A DNA stretch of 56,850 nucleotides from an uncultured Planctomycetota bacterium (GTDB taxonomy: Bacteria; Planctomycetota; DG-23; DATKVD01; CAZVTD01). Both the position numbers and the translations under genes were made by a program. Location of the stretch: contig CAZVTD010000001.1 in assembly GCA_964629945.1 (NCBI GenBank), forward strand, positions 1-56,850, in the 5' to 3' direction. Under the pieces are notes generated by a model. It had not been told where the DNA came from. It ran no database searches and saw only the letters and a program-made list of their open reading frames with translations. Of the stretch, positions 10,601-18,634 are shown piece after piece. How positions within the stretch are numbered: the first letter of the stretch is position 1; every line of letters starts with the position of its first letter.

Positions 10601-13600
10601 GCTTCCGCTGCCCGTGCCCGACCGCACGATCACGTTCCTGTCCCCCGCGTCGAACGCATGGAACGTCATACTCGATGCATTCGTGTTGAGCTGCAGCGAG
10701 GAGGTGCCGTTCTCCAGAACCGTCGATCCCGCCACGGTGAATCCGTCGTTCGAGCGAATGGCCGAGCAGGTCGCACCGACGACCAGGTCTCCTTCGATGG
10801 TGGTTCCTGTGTCGCCATTGCCCAGCGTGACCGCGCCGTCGAAACGAACCTGCGAATCGCTCCCCTGCACCAGCAGTCCCGAGGTCGTGGACAGGGCGTC
10901 ACTGAACGTCACCCATCCCGTCACGCCGTCTTCCACGGTAAGTGCCGCGCCCACACCACTGCCAAGATCGGACACGACGCCACCGAACGTGGTCGTGCCC
11001 GTCCCGATGGCCGCCGCCAGGGTCAAGTCATATCCACCCCCGTTCAACGCGCCGAACAGGATATTCCCGCCGGCTGAATTGAGGACCGTGTCCGCGTCCA
11101 GCGTCACCTCTCCATTGAACGTGAAGTTCCCACCCGTCGTCGCGAAGTTCCCGCCCAGTTGGACGGAGGTGCTGGTGTTCGACGTCCAACTGTACGCCGT
11201 GGTGAACTCGTCCAGGTCCGTGGTGCCGTTGATCGTCAAGTCCTTGTCGATGACCACGTCCTCACCATACAGACCCGCCACGGCCCGGAGTTCGTCGCCC
11301 GGCGCCGCCGCCGCGATCGCATCGGCAAAGGAGGTGTAGGCGACGTTCGTGGTCACGTTCTCCACCGCGATCAGCAGGGTTCCGGCGTATGCACCCACCG
11401 CATCATTGGTGAGTGTGCTCCACCAGGGCGAAATCTTGATGGTGGCCGAACCGCCATTGAGTATCTCCGCCCCCTGCGAACCGACGTTCAGCCGGTTCTC
11501 GTCATACGTCGGTCCGTTCACGCTGTCCCAGTAGTTCTCCCGCGCGTCGATCGTGATGGCCAGCGCCGTGTCATCCTCCGCGACCTGGAGGGCATATTCC
11601 GTTCCGGAACCGAACGCATGGAACTTGTTGTGCTGGATGGTGATGGCATCGGAGAAATTGCTCGCGGTCAGCGAGTAATCCGCGTCCGGATCGGTCGAGC
11701 CGTCATCGGAGGTCGCGAAAAAATATATCCCTATGCTCCGGCTGTTGAAATCGTTCTGTTCGATCACGAAATCTTCGCCGATCGAACCGCTGCCGTCCCG
11801 GATGAACTTGATTCCCGGCGAATCGTAATCGTTGAAGGTGTTCCCGCTGATGAGAACGTCCGAGGTGACCTGACTGCCTCCGCCCACCGCGAACTTGATG
11901 CCGGTGTCGAAGGTATTGTTCGTGATGGCGAGATCCGTGGCGTTGCCCATCAGGATGGCCCAGCTTTCCGTGCTGCCATGGGCGTTGAAAATGCTGTGAT
12001 CGATGGTGGTTCCGTCGAAGACCAGGTCGTTCAGGCTCGGATTGAACGTGACGGCCAGGTCGGTGCTGTCATAGTCGAAGGTGCAATACCTGAGGGTCAG
12101 GGCATCCGAACTTCCGGTAACGGATATCCCTTTCTGGGCCGTGCCAAGCGTCGTGTCGATGTCAAAACCGGAGATGGTCACGTCATCGGCGGCAAGGGTG
12201 ATGATCGTGCCTGAAGTGGCCGAGAGGACCGGCGCCGTCCCGCTGGCCCCGGCGGTTCCCGTCGTCCAGGCTTCTGTGGTTCCGTCCGTTTCCACACCGA
12301 TCAGCGAAAGCGACTTGCTGATGGAGAAGTTCTCCGTGTAGCTGTCCGGGAGCACCTTTACCGTGCCGCCCGACGTCACCGCATCGATGGCGTCCTGAAT
12401 GCTCGCCGCGTTGGACATCACCCGCACCGTCTCGGCGCTTCCGGCAACGACGGACCCCGTCGTGCCCAGATCGAGCGGGGCATTGAGATCCACCGAGCCC
12501 GTTCCGCCATCGACGTTGAACGTTACGTTCGCTCCCGTCGCGCCGTTTCCGGTCGTCGAAAGATTGGCGTTGATCAGGATCGACCCGGAACCCGTCTGGG
12601 TCCCGAACCGGTCATTGGCCGTCATCGTGATCGTGCCGCCGCTGGTGGTCACCGGGGCGTCCACGGTAACGTTGTTCCCGGCTCGCATGCTCAGACTGGC
12701 CCCTTCCGTGTTGAGCATCAGGGCGTCGCTCACGGTGATGTTGTTCGTCGCCTGAAGCGCCACGTTTCCCCCCACGTCATCCAGGGTCGAAGGGGCAATC
12801 GTCACGTCGCTCCCGCTGGCCGCTCCGAACGTGCTGACATCCGAGTAACTGCCCCCGCCACCCAGTGCGACGATGATGTTCGCCGGATCGAGCAACAAGG
12901 TCCCCAACCCCTGGCCGCCGGTCAGGGAAATCTGCCCTCCCAGCCCAAGCGTGCCCAACCCGGAAAACTCCGCGAAGCCACCGAAGCCGTCCATGGCTCC
13001 CTTCGCACTCAACGCACCATAAAACCCGGTCTTGTCGTTCGACCACACGATGATCCGGCCGCCATTGCCCGTGTCCGTGGCGTCTGCAACAATTGTCGAA
13101 TCGGGATTGACGAACGTGAGTGACGCGTTGCGTTCCTGCCCTGAACCCTGGTAGCTGCCTCCCAGGAGGATTTCGCCGCCGCCTGCGCTTCCGGAGGCGT
13201 CAATGGAGCCGTGCTCAACCACCACGGTCTCACCCAACATCTTCACCCGTCCACCGACCCCGCCGGCGGATCGGTTCGACACGTCAATCTGTCCCGTGTT
13301 GCGCACCTCGGCGTTACCGCTCAGGGTCACTGATCCACCTTTCGAACGCACCTGGCCGCTGTTCACCACCGCCAGCGAATACACGTCCCCGCAGCTGAAG
13401 ACGACCTCTTCGGCCTCCACCGATCCCTGGTTGGACACCCCGACCCCACCGGTCCCCGACGACACTTGCGAGCCTGCTCCAGTGGACGCGTCCAGGTTAT
13501 CGACGCGGATCTTCACGCCGGAGTCCGTCTTGGCCAGATAGACCTCTTTGCCGGAGCACATCGCCACAAGACCGTTATCCGACACGATGCTGCCGGTGTT

Positions 13601-14110
13601 CAGGACCGTATCACCGACCAGCACCGTTCCGTTGGCGGTGTGGATGTTCCCGTTGTTGATGAGCGCTCCCCCGGACGTCGTGAAGCGGTCGACCCCGCCC
13701 AGAAAGTCCGCGTCGGTGATGTTGCCCGCCGCCGCGAAGAACTGACTGGCATTGATCGTCGCACCGGCGCCGATGACCACTCCGGCGGGGTTGACAAAGT
13801 ACACCTGTCCGTTCGCCTGGATCGAGCCCAGCAGATAGGACGGGTCCCCGCCGATCACCCGGTTGAGGATGCGGGCCTGTTCACTGGGCTGAATGAACCG
13901 GACGGCCTCGTAGGCATCGACGTTGAACTTCATGTAGTTGACGATCGTGTTGTTCGCCGCGTTGATGGTCGTTTGCGAGCCGGATTTGGAAACAGTCGCC
14001 GACCCTTGCACCACCTCGCTGACCTGGATTTCACCCGCCCAGCCCCGGGCGCTCTGAAAAATCACGCTCAGAACCACCAGGATCCGCAGACATGCCCCGC
14101 GACGCTTCAT
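7694..14110 (-). CDS. two-partner-secretion exoprotein (TpsA, filamentous haemagglutinin-like), 2138 aa
   Basis: A signal peptide (MKRRGACLRILVVLSVIFQSARGWA) is followed by a TPS domain (NYMKFNVDAYEAVRFIQPSEQARILNRVIGGDPSYLLGSIQANGQVYFVNPAGVVIG). The rest is long Gly/Thr/Asn-rich beta-helix repeats. I chose the ATG at 14110 because GAGGAG lies 8 nt upstream. Confidence 0.9.
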   Translation of the reverse strand: MKRRGACLRILVVLSVIFQSARGWAGEIQVSEVVQGSATVSKSGSQTTINAANNTIVNYMKFNVDAYEAVRFIQPSEQARILNRVIGGDPSYLLGSIQANGQVYFVNPAGVVIGAGATINASQFFAAAGNITDADFLGGVDRFTTSGGALINNGNIHTANGTVLVGDTVLNTGSIVSDNGLVAMCSGKEVYLAKTDSGVKIRVDNLDASTGAGSQVSSGTGGVGVSNQGSVEAEEVVFSCGDVYSLAVVNSGQVRSKGGSVTLSGNAEVRNTGQIDVSNRSAGGVGGRVKMLGETVVVEHGSIDASGSAGGGEILLGGSYQGSGQERNASLTFVNPDSTIVADATDTGNGGRIIVWSNDKTGFYGALSAKGAMDGFGGFAEFSGLGTLGLGGQISLTGGQGLGTLLLDPANIIVALGGGGSYSDVSTFGAASGSDVTIAPSTLDDVGGNVALQATNNITVSDALMLNTEGASLSMRAGNNVTVDAPVTTSGGTITMTANDRFGTQTGSGSILINANLSTTGNGATGANVTFNVDGGTGSVDLNAPLDLGTTGSVVAGSAETVRVMSNAASIQDAIDAVTSGGTVKVLPDSYTENFSISKSLSLIGVETDGTTEAWTTGTAGASGTAPVLSATSGTIITLAADDVTISGFDIDTTLGTAQKGISVTGSSDALTLRYCTFDYDSTDLAVTFNPSLNDLVFDGTTIDHSIFNAHGSTESWAILMGNATDLAITNNTFDTGIKFAVGGGSQVTSDVLISGNTFNDYDSPGIKFIRDGSGSIGEDFVIEQNDFNSRSIGIYFFATSDDGSTDPDADYSLTASNFSDAITIQHNKFHAFGSGTEYALQVAEDDTALAITIDARENYWDSVNGPTYDENRLNVGSQGAEILNGGSATIKISPWWSTLTNDAVGAYAGTLLIAVENVTTNVAYTSFADAIAAAAPGDELRAVAGLYGEDVVIDKDLTINGTTDLDEFTTAYSWTSNTSTSVQLGGNFATTGGNFTFNGEVTLDADTVLNSAGGNILFGALNGGGYDLTLAAAIGTGTTTFGGVVSDLGSGVGAALTVEDGVTGWVTFSDALSTTSGLLVQGSDSQVRFDGAVTLGNGDTGTTIEGDLVVGATCSAIRSNDGFTVAGSTVLENGTSSLQLNTNASSMTFHAFDAGDRNVIVRSGTGSGSLTFAGAVTNLGSGLGPALTVESGVTGTIRFQDTLSANSGLSSLNGSNLRFDGDVTITGDTNGTSLGGNVTLDGMTFSTDGDLVLGTSTSNSITLSGLDVVLDVADQDVTLKGTVNGSSSFTIQAGSGNVTINGPIGATTSPSNLTVSGAEISTTAALKAAYDITMTANAGNLTLGGNLTADDTIQLNAPAGALIQTSGTVTAWTVDLNSADGVYGQLDLESLGLEDDPPSGYDNLSFFISATNVSAAVTGAGKINLENACSGNTIIDSLTTAGGYINYTNTGSGTLYVNGAVTSGVTGVVDGGDINIVAAGPVVLNASVDSSSGTGGTITVINGVTVNVAPTAGAGDILVVGSEGEISDLYINTAIVRASDISLSSERDIYIRSDVITTEGYNITLTADSDNDGVGGVLVYEAGNIESGGTLTITGADLYLTTDVVDAIVIESDLAAAQLTAVGNITLTVSDVAPEDALIRILGLVQSTGDGYVAVYGTEAGVHLDGSIVPDTYLISAAGGVYFDAPVTLLGNTALNSAYLGSESDEIADGSIWFVDTLDGAFALTLNAGAGNIYGYEYVGATTSLGGLTVTSAGTVQFSGDVSTKGQDGQAGGDIIVDAEGDIIFEGDIDTSGGDAVAGAGLDGGTVRLTSAEGSVTVEGITTSGSDAVAGAGGDAGDVTLQPATSLTLQEIVDGDYFPDAMLEIHGDIIAEGGAGVGGADGAGGHVALSPAGRSAVSAVATITNGTDGGDITIRAGSIEMGQNEKFTVVDGDLNLLADGAITLGDLTVSGDLTVVSGSGVITALLRETGLVLLADGTTTTDTGLDIICGGTMSITGTVHYGGVAGSSLPVFAAGAYAQPVLAEGSTQLTLTSALSALVYDSTRVLDAVATGEAGPPGISPNEFVQTMPGMPNEGLFTPASRHWTKMLFKSLDENWDGYLDYDEFKACFGETQAWFASIDKNDDKKLSLEEFQAAVY

Positions 14111-14183
14111 TTTCCGATCTCCTCGTTGCATAAGCGGTTGGCTCCTTTAATCCTGCAGTTCACCCGTACCCCGGGGAAGCCTG

Positions 14184-16007
14184 CTAGAAATTCACCCCCA
14201 CGGCGAAGTGCACCATTGCATCTCCCTTGTCCACCGATTCCGTGCCATTGTCCATGGACTTGAGGGGAACCCCCACGTCGATCTGAGCAAAGAGGTTCTT
14301 CCTGATCCGGAGATTCAGCCCCACGCCCGCGGACGTCAGCGTCCGGTCCTTCTCGTAGCTGAACGCGTCGTTGTACGTCGTGCGTCCGATATCCACAAAC
14401 GCCTTGGGAACCAGATCCCAGGAGGCGGGCTTATCCTTTGAACGTTTCAGCAGAGGAGCCAGGTGGAAGCGGTATTCCGCGGTCAGAACCACTGCATTGT
14501 CCCCGGCCACAATCCACTGTGGATAGCCGCGAACCGAATACAAGCCGCCCATCGGATACATGAAGCTCGGGGACACCCGGGCGTCCCCGAACACGTATTG
14601 CCCGCGCAGCGAGGCGAAGACCTCGTGTTTGGCCTCCGTGTAGGGGACACTCCAGTCCAGATACGTCGAGTAATCCAAGTTGTACTTCAACGCACACCAG
14701 GTTTTGGACGGCTCGCTCCGCCCCAGAGGCTCCAGGTCTTCCTCGTCGGTCCTGGTTCCACCCAGTTCCAGGATCAGCGACCCGTTCGTAACCGTGCCTC
14801 CGGAACGGTAATCCAGCTGCAGGCCCGCATATCCGAACAGGAAACTTCCTTTGCCTTCCGTGCTGATCAGGTCGTTTTCCGAGGTCACGTGGGTGAACCG
14901 CACGCCGGCCAATCCGTCCAGAAACATCGAGCGTTCCTGCCAGAGAATTCCTTTCAGTTCCCCGCCCACCTGGGTGCTCGTGCCGCTCAGGTCCGTATTG
15001 AACAGTCCGATTTCGGAAGCCATATACTGCGCCCACGAACCATAGAGACGCCCCCGCAGAAGACCCAGATAGGATATTTCCTGGAGGGGACACTCATAGC
15101 TTCCGACCACCTGGTGGACCGAATCGAAGTCCGCCGTCACGTAGTCCAGGGACAGGACATCGTCCCGTCCCGTCACGTCGAAGAGCCGGAAACTGAAACG
15201 TTCCCGCAGTTCTTCCGTTTCTTCCGTTCCCGTGTTATCCAGGCTGAAATAGAACTGCCAGGGCTTCAGTTCGTGCACCACGTAATCCATTTTCACCTCC
15301 CCCGGACGCTCGCCGGGACGGATTTCCGTCTCCACTTGCTTGCTCGGATTGCGATTCAGCCGGGCCAGGTATTCGTCCACCTCCTCGACGTTGACCGGAT
15401 CCCCCTCCTGGACCGGCGATTTCTCGCGGATTGCCTCGTATTTCGACCCGTCCCCGGATTTTTCCTCTCCATCAACGCCCTTGACGACGGTCCCGACCTC
15501 ACCGACAACCCCCTCCGTCACCGTGAAGTAGAGCACCCCACCCGTCTTGCCCGCCAGCAGTTCGTCAATCGCCCGCTTGGTCATGGAGACTCGAACCGCC
15601 CCAAACCCTTCCTCCTGAATGCCTTTCGAGGCAGCTTGCATGACTTCCTGCATCGCCGCCGCCGTCAGGATTGTCAACCGATCCCCGGAAGCCTTTCCAA
15701 TTTCACCCAAAGTCAACGTTTTGCGAGGCAGGTCGGCCCCTTCGCTTTCGGCGTAATACACCTCCGAATTCCGAGCCATTCCCACCGCAAACGTCACTTT
15801 TTGCTCCAATAATTTCCTCTCCGAAACCGTCTTTCCGCTCAATCCCTGAAACCCCACGCCCTTGACGACCACGGGGTCCAGTCCCTTCCCTCCTCCCGAT
15901 TCCTGGGCCCACAACATCCCCTGGGCCAGCAAGATCGCCAAGACCCCCAGAAACCGAATCGGACCAGGACGGTCGCCTATTCCTCCGCAAGCACCGCTTC
16001 CAAGCAT
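14184..16007 (-). CDS. TpsB outer-membrane transporter (ShlB/FhaC/HecB family)
   Basis: It has a signal peptide, a POTRA-like N-terminal part, a beta-barrel with alternating hydrophobic residues, and a terminal ...VHFAVGVNF. An AGGAGG RBS lies 5 nt before the ATG at 16007. It sits directly upstream of tpsA. Confidence 0.8.
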   Translation of the reverse strand: MLGSGACGGIGDRPGPIRFLGVLAILLAQGMLWAQESGGGKGLDPVVVKGVGFQGLSGKTVSERKLLEQKVTFAVGMARNSEVYYAESEGADLPRKTLTLGEIGKASGDRLTILTAAAMQEVMQAASKGIQEEGFGAVRVSMTKRAIDELLAGKTGGVLYFTVTEGVVGEVGTVVKGVDGEEKSGDGSKYEAIREKSPVQEGDPVNVEEVDEYLARLNRNPSKQVETEIRPGERPGEVKMDYVVHELKPWQFYFSLDNTGTEETEELRERFSFRLFDVTGRDDVLSLDYVTADFDSVHQVVGSYECPLQEISYLGLLRGRLYGSWAQYMASEIGLFNTDLSGTSTQVGGELKGILWQERSMFLDGLAGVRFTHVTSENDLISTEGKGSFLFGYAGLQLDYRSGGTVTNGSLILELGGTRTDEEDLEPLGRSEPSKTWCALKYNLDYSTYLDWSVPYTEAKHEVFASLRGQYVFGDARVSPSFMYPMGGLYSVRGYPQWIVAGDNAVVLTAEYRFHLAPLLKRSKDKPASWDLVPKAFVDIGRTTYNDAFSYEKDRTLTSAGVGLNLRIRKNLFAQIDVGVPLKSMDNGTESVDKGDAMVHFAVGVNF

Positions 16008-16258
16008 GCAGACCTCCTATCCCAAACCAGGCACCCCGCTTCGCTCGTCGCTTACGCAGTGGCAGATCGGCGTCGTCCAACAACTCGACACCCTCAGCCG
16101 ACGGCATATCCGCGACGAGTTCATGGATTGACACTCTAGGTTGCAGCGAGACCGGTTTTCACAACCATGCGTGCGATTTTTCTCGAATTGGAGGGGGAGC
16201 ATCCCCGAGGATGATGTCCCTCATTGTCACGACGAGAGTGCTACGGTTGGAGGGCGGA

Positions 16259-18379
16259 TTACAGGCAGGTGTGTTCGCAGGTCCCAGCGGCCCAGTCCAC
16301 ACTGACCCGGTAGAAACGTCCGTTCTGTCCACGCAGGCGCACGGCACGCCGATCGCCGGAAAGCGTTTCGACGACAACGGATGAGGCGTCCTCGGCAAAC
16401 GTGCGCGTCGTCCCGGCATCCACGCCGGCCAGGATGACCGCACCGACGTCGAACAGCGGTTTCATCGTGTCATCGTGGAAGGTTGTTTCCGTCTCGCATC
16501 CCAGGCAGATTTCATCGACATAAAGGCTTCCACCGACGGCCGGGTTGTTCTTGATGTGCACCTGTCGCTCGGCGGGACCCCAGATCGTCAGGGGTCCGTC
16601 CGCATGAATTTTGAGAACCCCCAGGACGTTATCGATGTTGAGCCAGCCTCCTTCGATGTCGTGTCGGCGTTCGGTCCCCGGGCACGAGGGCAGGACGAGT
16701 TTGCCGGCGGCGTGCCAACAGGTCCGCCGGCTTTCGTTGAAGAGGTCGTTGGGCACCTGGAGGAACAGGCCTTTCAGTTCGCGGAGGTATTGCGGATGAT
16801 CGAGCACCGCACGCTGGAAAACCACGACGGTTGCGTCGTCCGGCAGTGCGGCGAAACAGAGATCAACCCGTGCAACCGACCACGTTTCACCCGCGGCCTC
16901 GTGCAGAGGTTTCTCTTCGCCGATGGCGTAGGAGCCACAGGTGATGAAGCCCCCTTCGAAACGTTCGAGCGCAGAACATTTCAGGTCCGCTTTGTGAACC
17001 TGTCCCAGCCCCATGACCCGGCCGGCCAGGTTTGTCCTCCATTCCGCCGTGGAGCTGTCGCCCAGTGGAACGCAGAGCCCCTGGGGTGGTTCAGCCGCCC
17101 GCCAAACCCAAGACGCGGCCCGGTTGGAGCCTCGCTGGAAGGCCGCGTGATGATATTCGTCCGTCCACGAGGCTTTGATCGGAACCTGTTGTCTCTCAGG
17201 AGCCTGGGACCACTGACCGGCAAACTGGCGACGCCAATTGGCCCCCATGGACAGCGAGCAGGCGCGGTCCCCTTCCAGTCTCAACCGGTAAATGGGGGCG
17301 ACCTGTCCCATCTTCGCAAGGCGGGTGCCGAGGAACGATCCGTCCGTGTTGTGCTCCTGTTCCCGGCGCACGAGGTCCAGCCAACCGGTCTCCAGGTTGG
17401 CACCCTCGGCATCGTCAAAGACGTCGCGCGCGAGCAGCCAGACCGGGATGGCATAGTCCTGGCAGTAGCAGTAACGGGCGCGCGTGTCCCCCCCAATGCG
17501 CAGCAGCCGTCCGTCGGGGAAGGTGCACTGCTTCACCAGGCTCCACAGTTCACGGGCGTGTCGATAGAGGGCCGCCGGCCCGGTCAGGCCCCGGGATTTC
17601 AGATCGAAGTGCAGCATCGCGAGGTTCGAGAGCGTGATCACCATGTAGCCGACGTTGAGATAACCGTGATGGTTGCAGGCGTAGCTTTCGAAGAAATTCG
17701 CTCCGATGTGCCAGTCGCGCACCGGCCGGTCGAGGAAACGCTCGTCGCAGTCGGCGTCAGACGGGATCGAGATCGAGTTGATGAGATAGCGGTGTGCGCT
17801 TTCGATCCAACGGTCACGCTGTCCAGCGTCGGGGTACATCGCCGCTGTCCGATAGAGGAGGCACCCGTTCCACATGTTGCTCTCGGGCGCGTTCTTCCCT
17901 TCACTCGAAATCAGTCCCGCCTTCAGCGGCTCCTCCCGAGTCAACCAGTCGGCCTCCGAGGTCAGCATCCGCCGGATCTCTTCCCGATCGTGATCCGTCA
18001 ACAGCAGCTCCAGCAGATTGACGGCGTGCATCATCCGCTCGATCGACTGACTCGCGATCGACGTATGCCGCCACGACTTTCCCGTGTCGCAATGTCCTTC
18101 GTTGCTCACGTGCGCCTGAAGCATGAACCGGAGCATGCTCCGTGCCCTGGTTCCCAGCGCTTCCCTGGACCATCCTACGCGGCGCTCATCCAGTGCGGGG
18201 TCCTGCCAGAGGACCGCCGGGGCGCACATGGCCGTCGCGTGGGCCTGGACGGCCCAGTGATCTTCCGTACCGGCCCCATAGATCACCAGGTCGTCGCTTC
18301 CGGGCAACTTGTGACATTGAACATCGAAGTAGGGGATCCACGTTTCCAGCAGGCGTGCGTAATCACGATAGGCAGGCAT
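16259..18379 (-). CDS. hypothetical 706-aa protein, possibly (alpha/alpha)-toroid plus beta-sandwich (heparinase II/III-like?)
   Basis: It is a long clean ORF with GAGGAG upstream and no signal peptide. An ACNHHGYLNVGY motif in a helical N-terminal half and a beta-rich C-terminal half are reminiscent of polysaccharide lyases or hydrolases. The functional call is weak. Confidence 0.45.
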   Translation of the reverse strand: MPAYRDYARLLETWIPYFDVQCHKLPGSDDLVIYGAGTEDHWAVQAHATAMCAPAVLWQDPALDERRVGWSREALGTRARSMLRFMLQAHVSNEGHCDTGKSWRHTSIASQSIERMMHAVNLLELLLTDHDREEIRRMLTSEADWLTREEPLKAGLISSEGKNAPESNMWNGCLLYRTAAMYPDAGQRDRWIESAHRYLINSISIPSDADCDERFLDRPVRDWHIGANFFESYACNHHGYLNVGYMVITLSNLAMLHFDLKSRGLTGPAALYRHARELWSLVKQCTFPDGRLLRIGGDTRARYCYCQDYAIPVWLLARDVFDDAEGANLETGWLDLVRREQEHNTDGSFLGTRLAKMGQVAPIYRLRLEGDRACSLSMGANWRRQFAGQWSQAPERQQVPIKASWTDEYHHAAFQRGSNRAASWVWRAAEPPQGLCVPLGDSSTAEWRTNLAGRVMGLGQVHKADLKCSALERFEGGFITCGSYAIGEEKPLHEAAGETWSVARVDLCFAALPDDATVVVFQRAVLDHPQYLRELKGLFLQVPNDLFNESRRTCWHAAGKLVLPSCPGTERRHDIEGGWLNIDNVLGVLKIHADGPLTIWGPAERQVHIKNNPAVGGSLYVDEICLGCETETTFHDDTMKPLFDVGAVILAGVDAGTTRTFAEDASSVVVETLSGDRRAVRLRGQNGRFYRVSVDWAAGTCEHTCL

Positions 18380-18634
18380 CGGTCAGGGGTTCTCCTCGTT
18401 CGCCGCTGCAGAAAAGCAATTCATCCGTCGGATTTTTCTACCCGGAAGTTCCTGCCCTGACAAGCGGAAACCTCGTGAGTCGATGACAGACACACCCGGC
18501 GAGACACATGCTCCGAGCCGGGAAAACCCCGAAGCGCCCCCTGTGGCATATCAGCTTCGCCAACCCGAAAAAAATGAGGTTGGCGGCAGCACCGAGCCGA
18601 TGTAGAGCATCCTCGTCTGATGAAGACACGCGAC

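Noticed and set aside
7634-12214. Long plus-strand ORFs inside the tpsA region (for example 7634..8677, 10518..11339, 11159..12214, 13466..14263)
   Set aside because: They are antisense shadows of a high-GC repeat-rich gene. Their translations are Arg/Pro/Gly/Val-rich with no motifs, whereas the minus frame gives a continuous TPS/beta-helix protein.
16475-18460. A 661-aa plus-strand ORF opposite the 706-aa gene; similar ORFs lie opposite the GH2-like genes (18620..19699, 20513..21448, 23778..24824, 24876..26906)
   Set aside because: The products are Arg/Gly/Val/Pro-rich with no start context. The opposite strand encodes coherent signal-peptide-bearing proteins.
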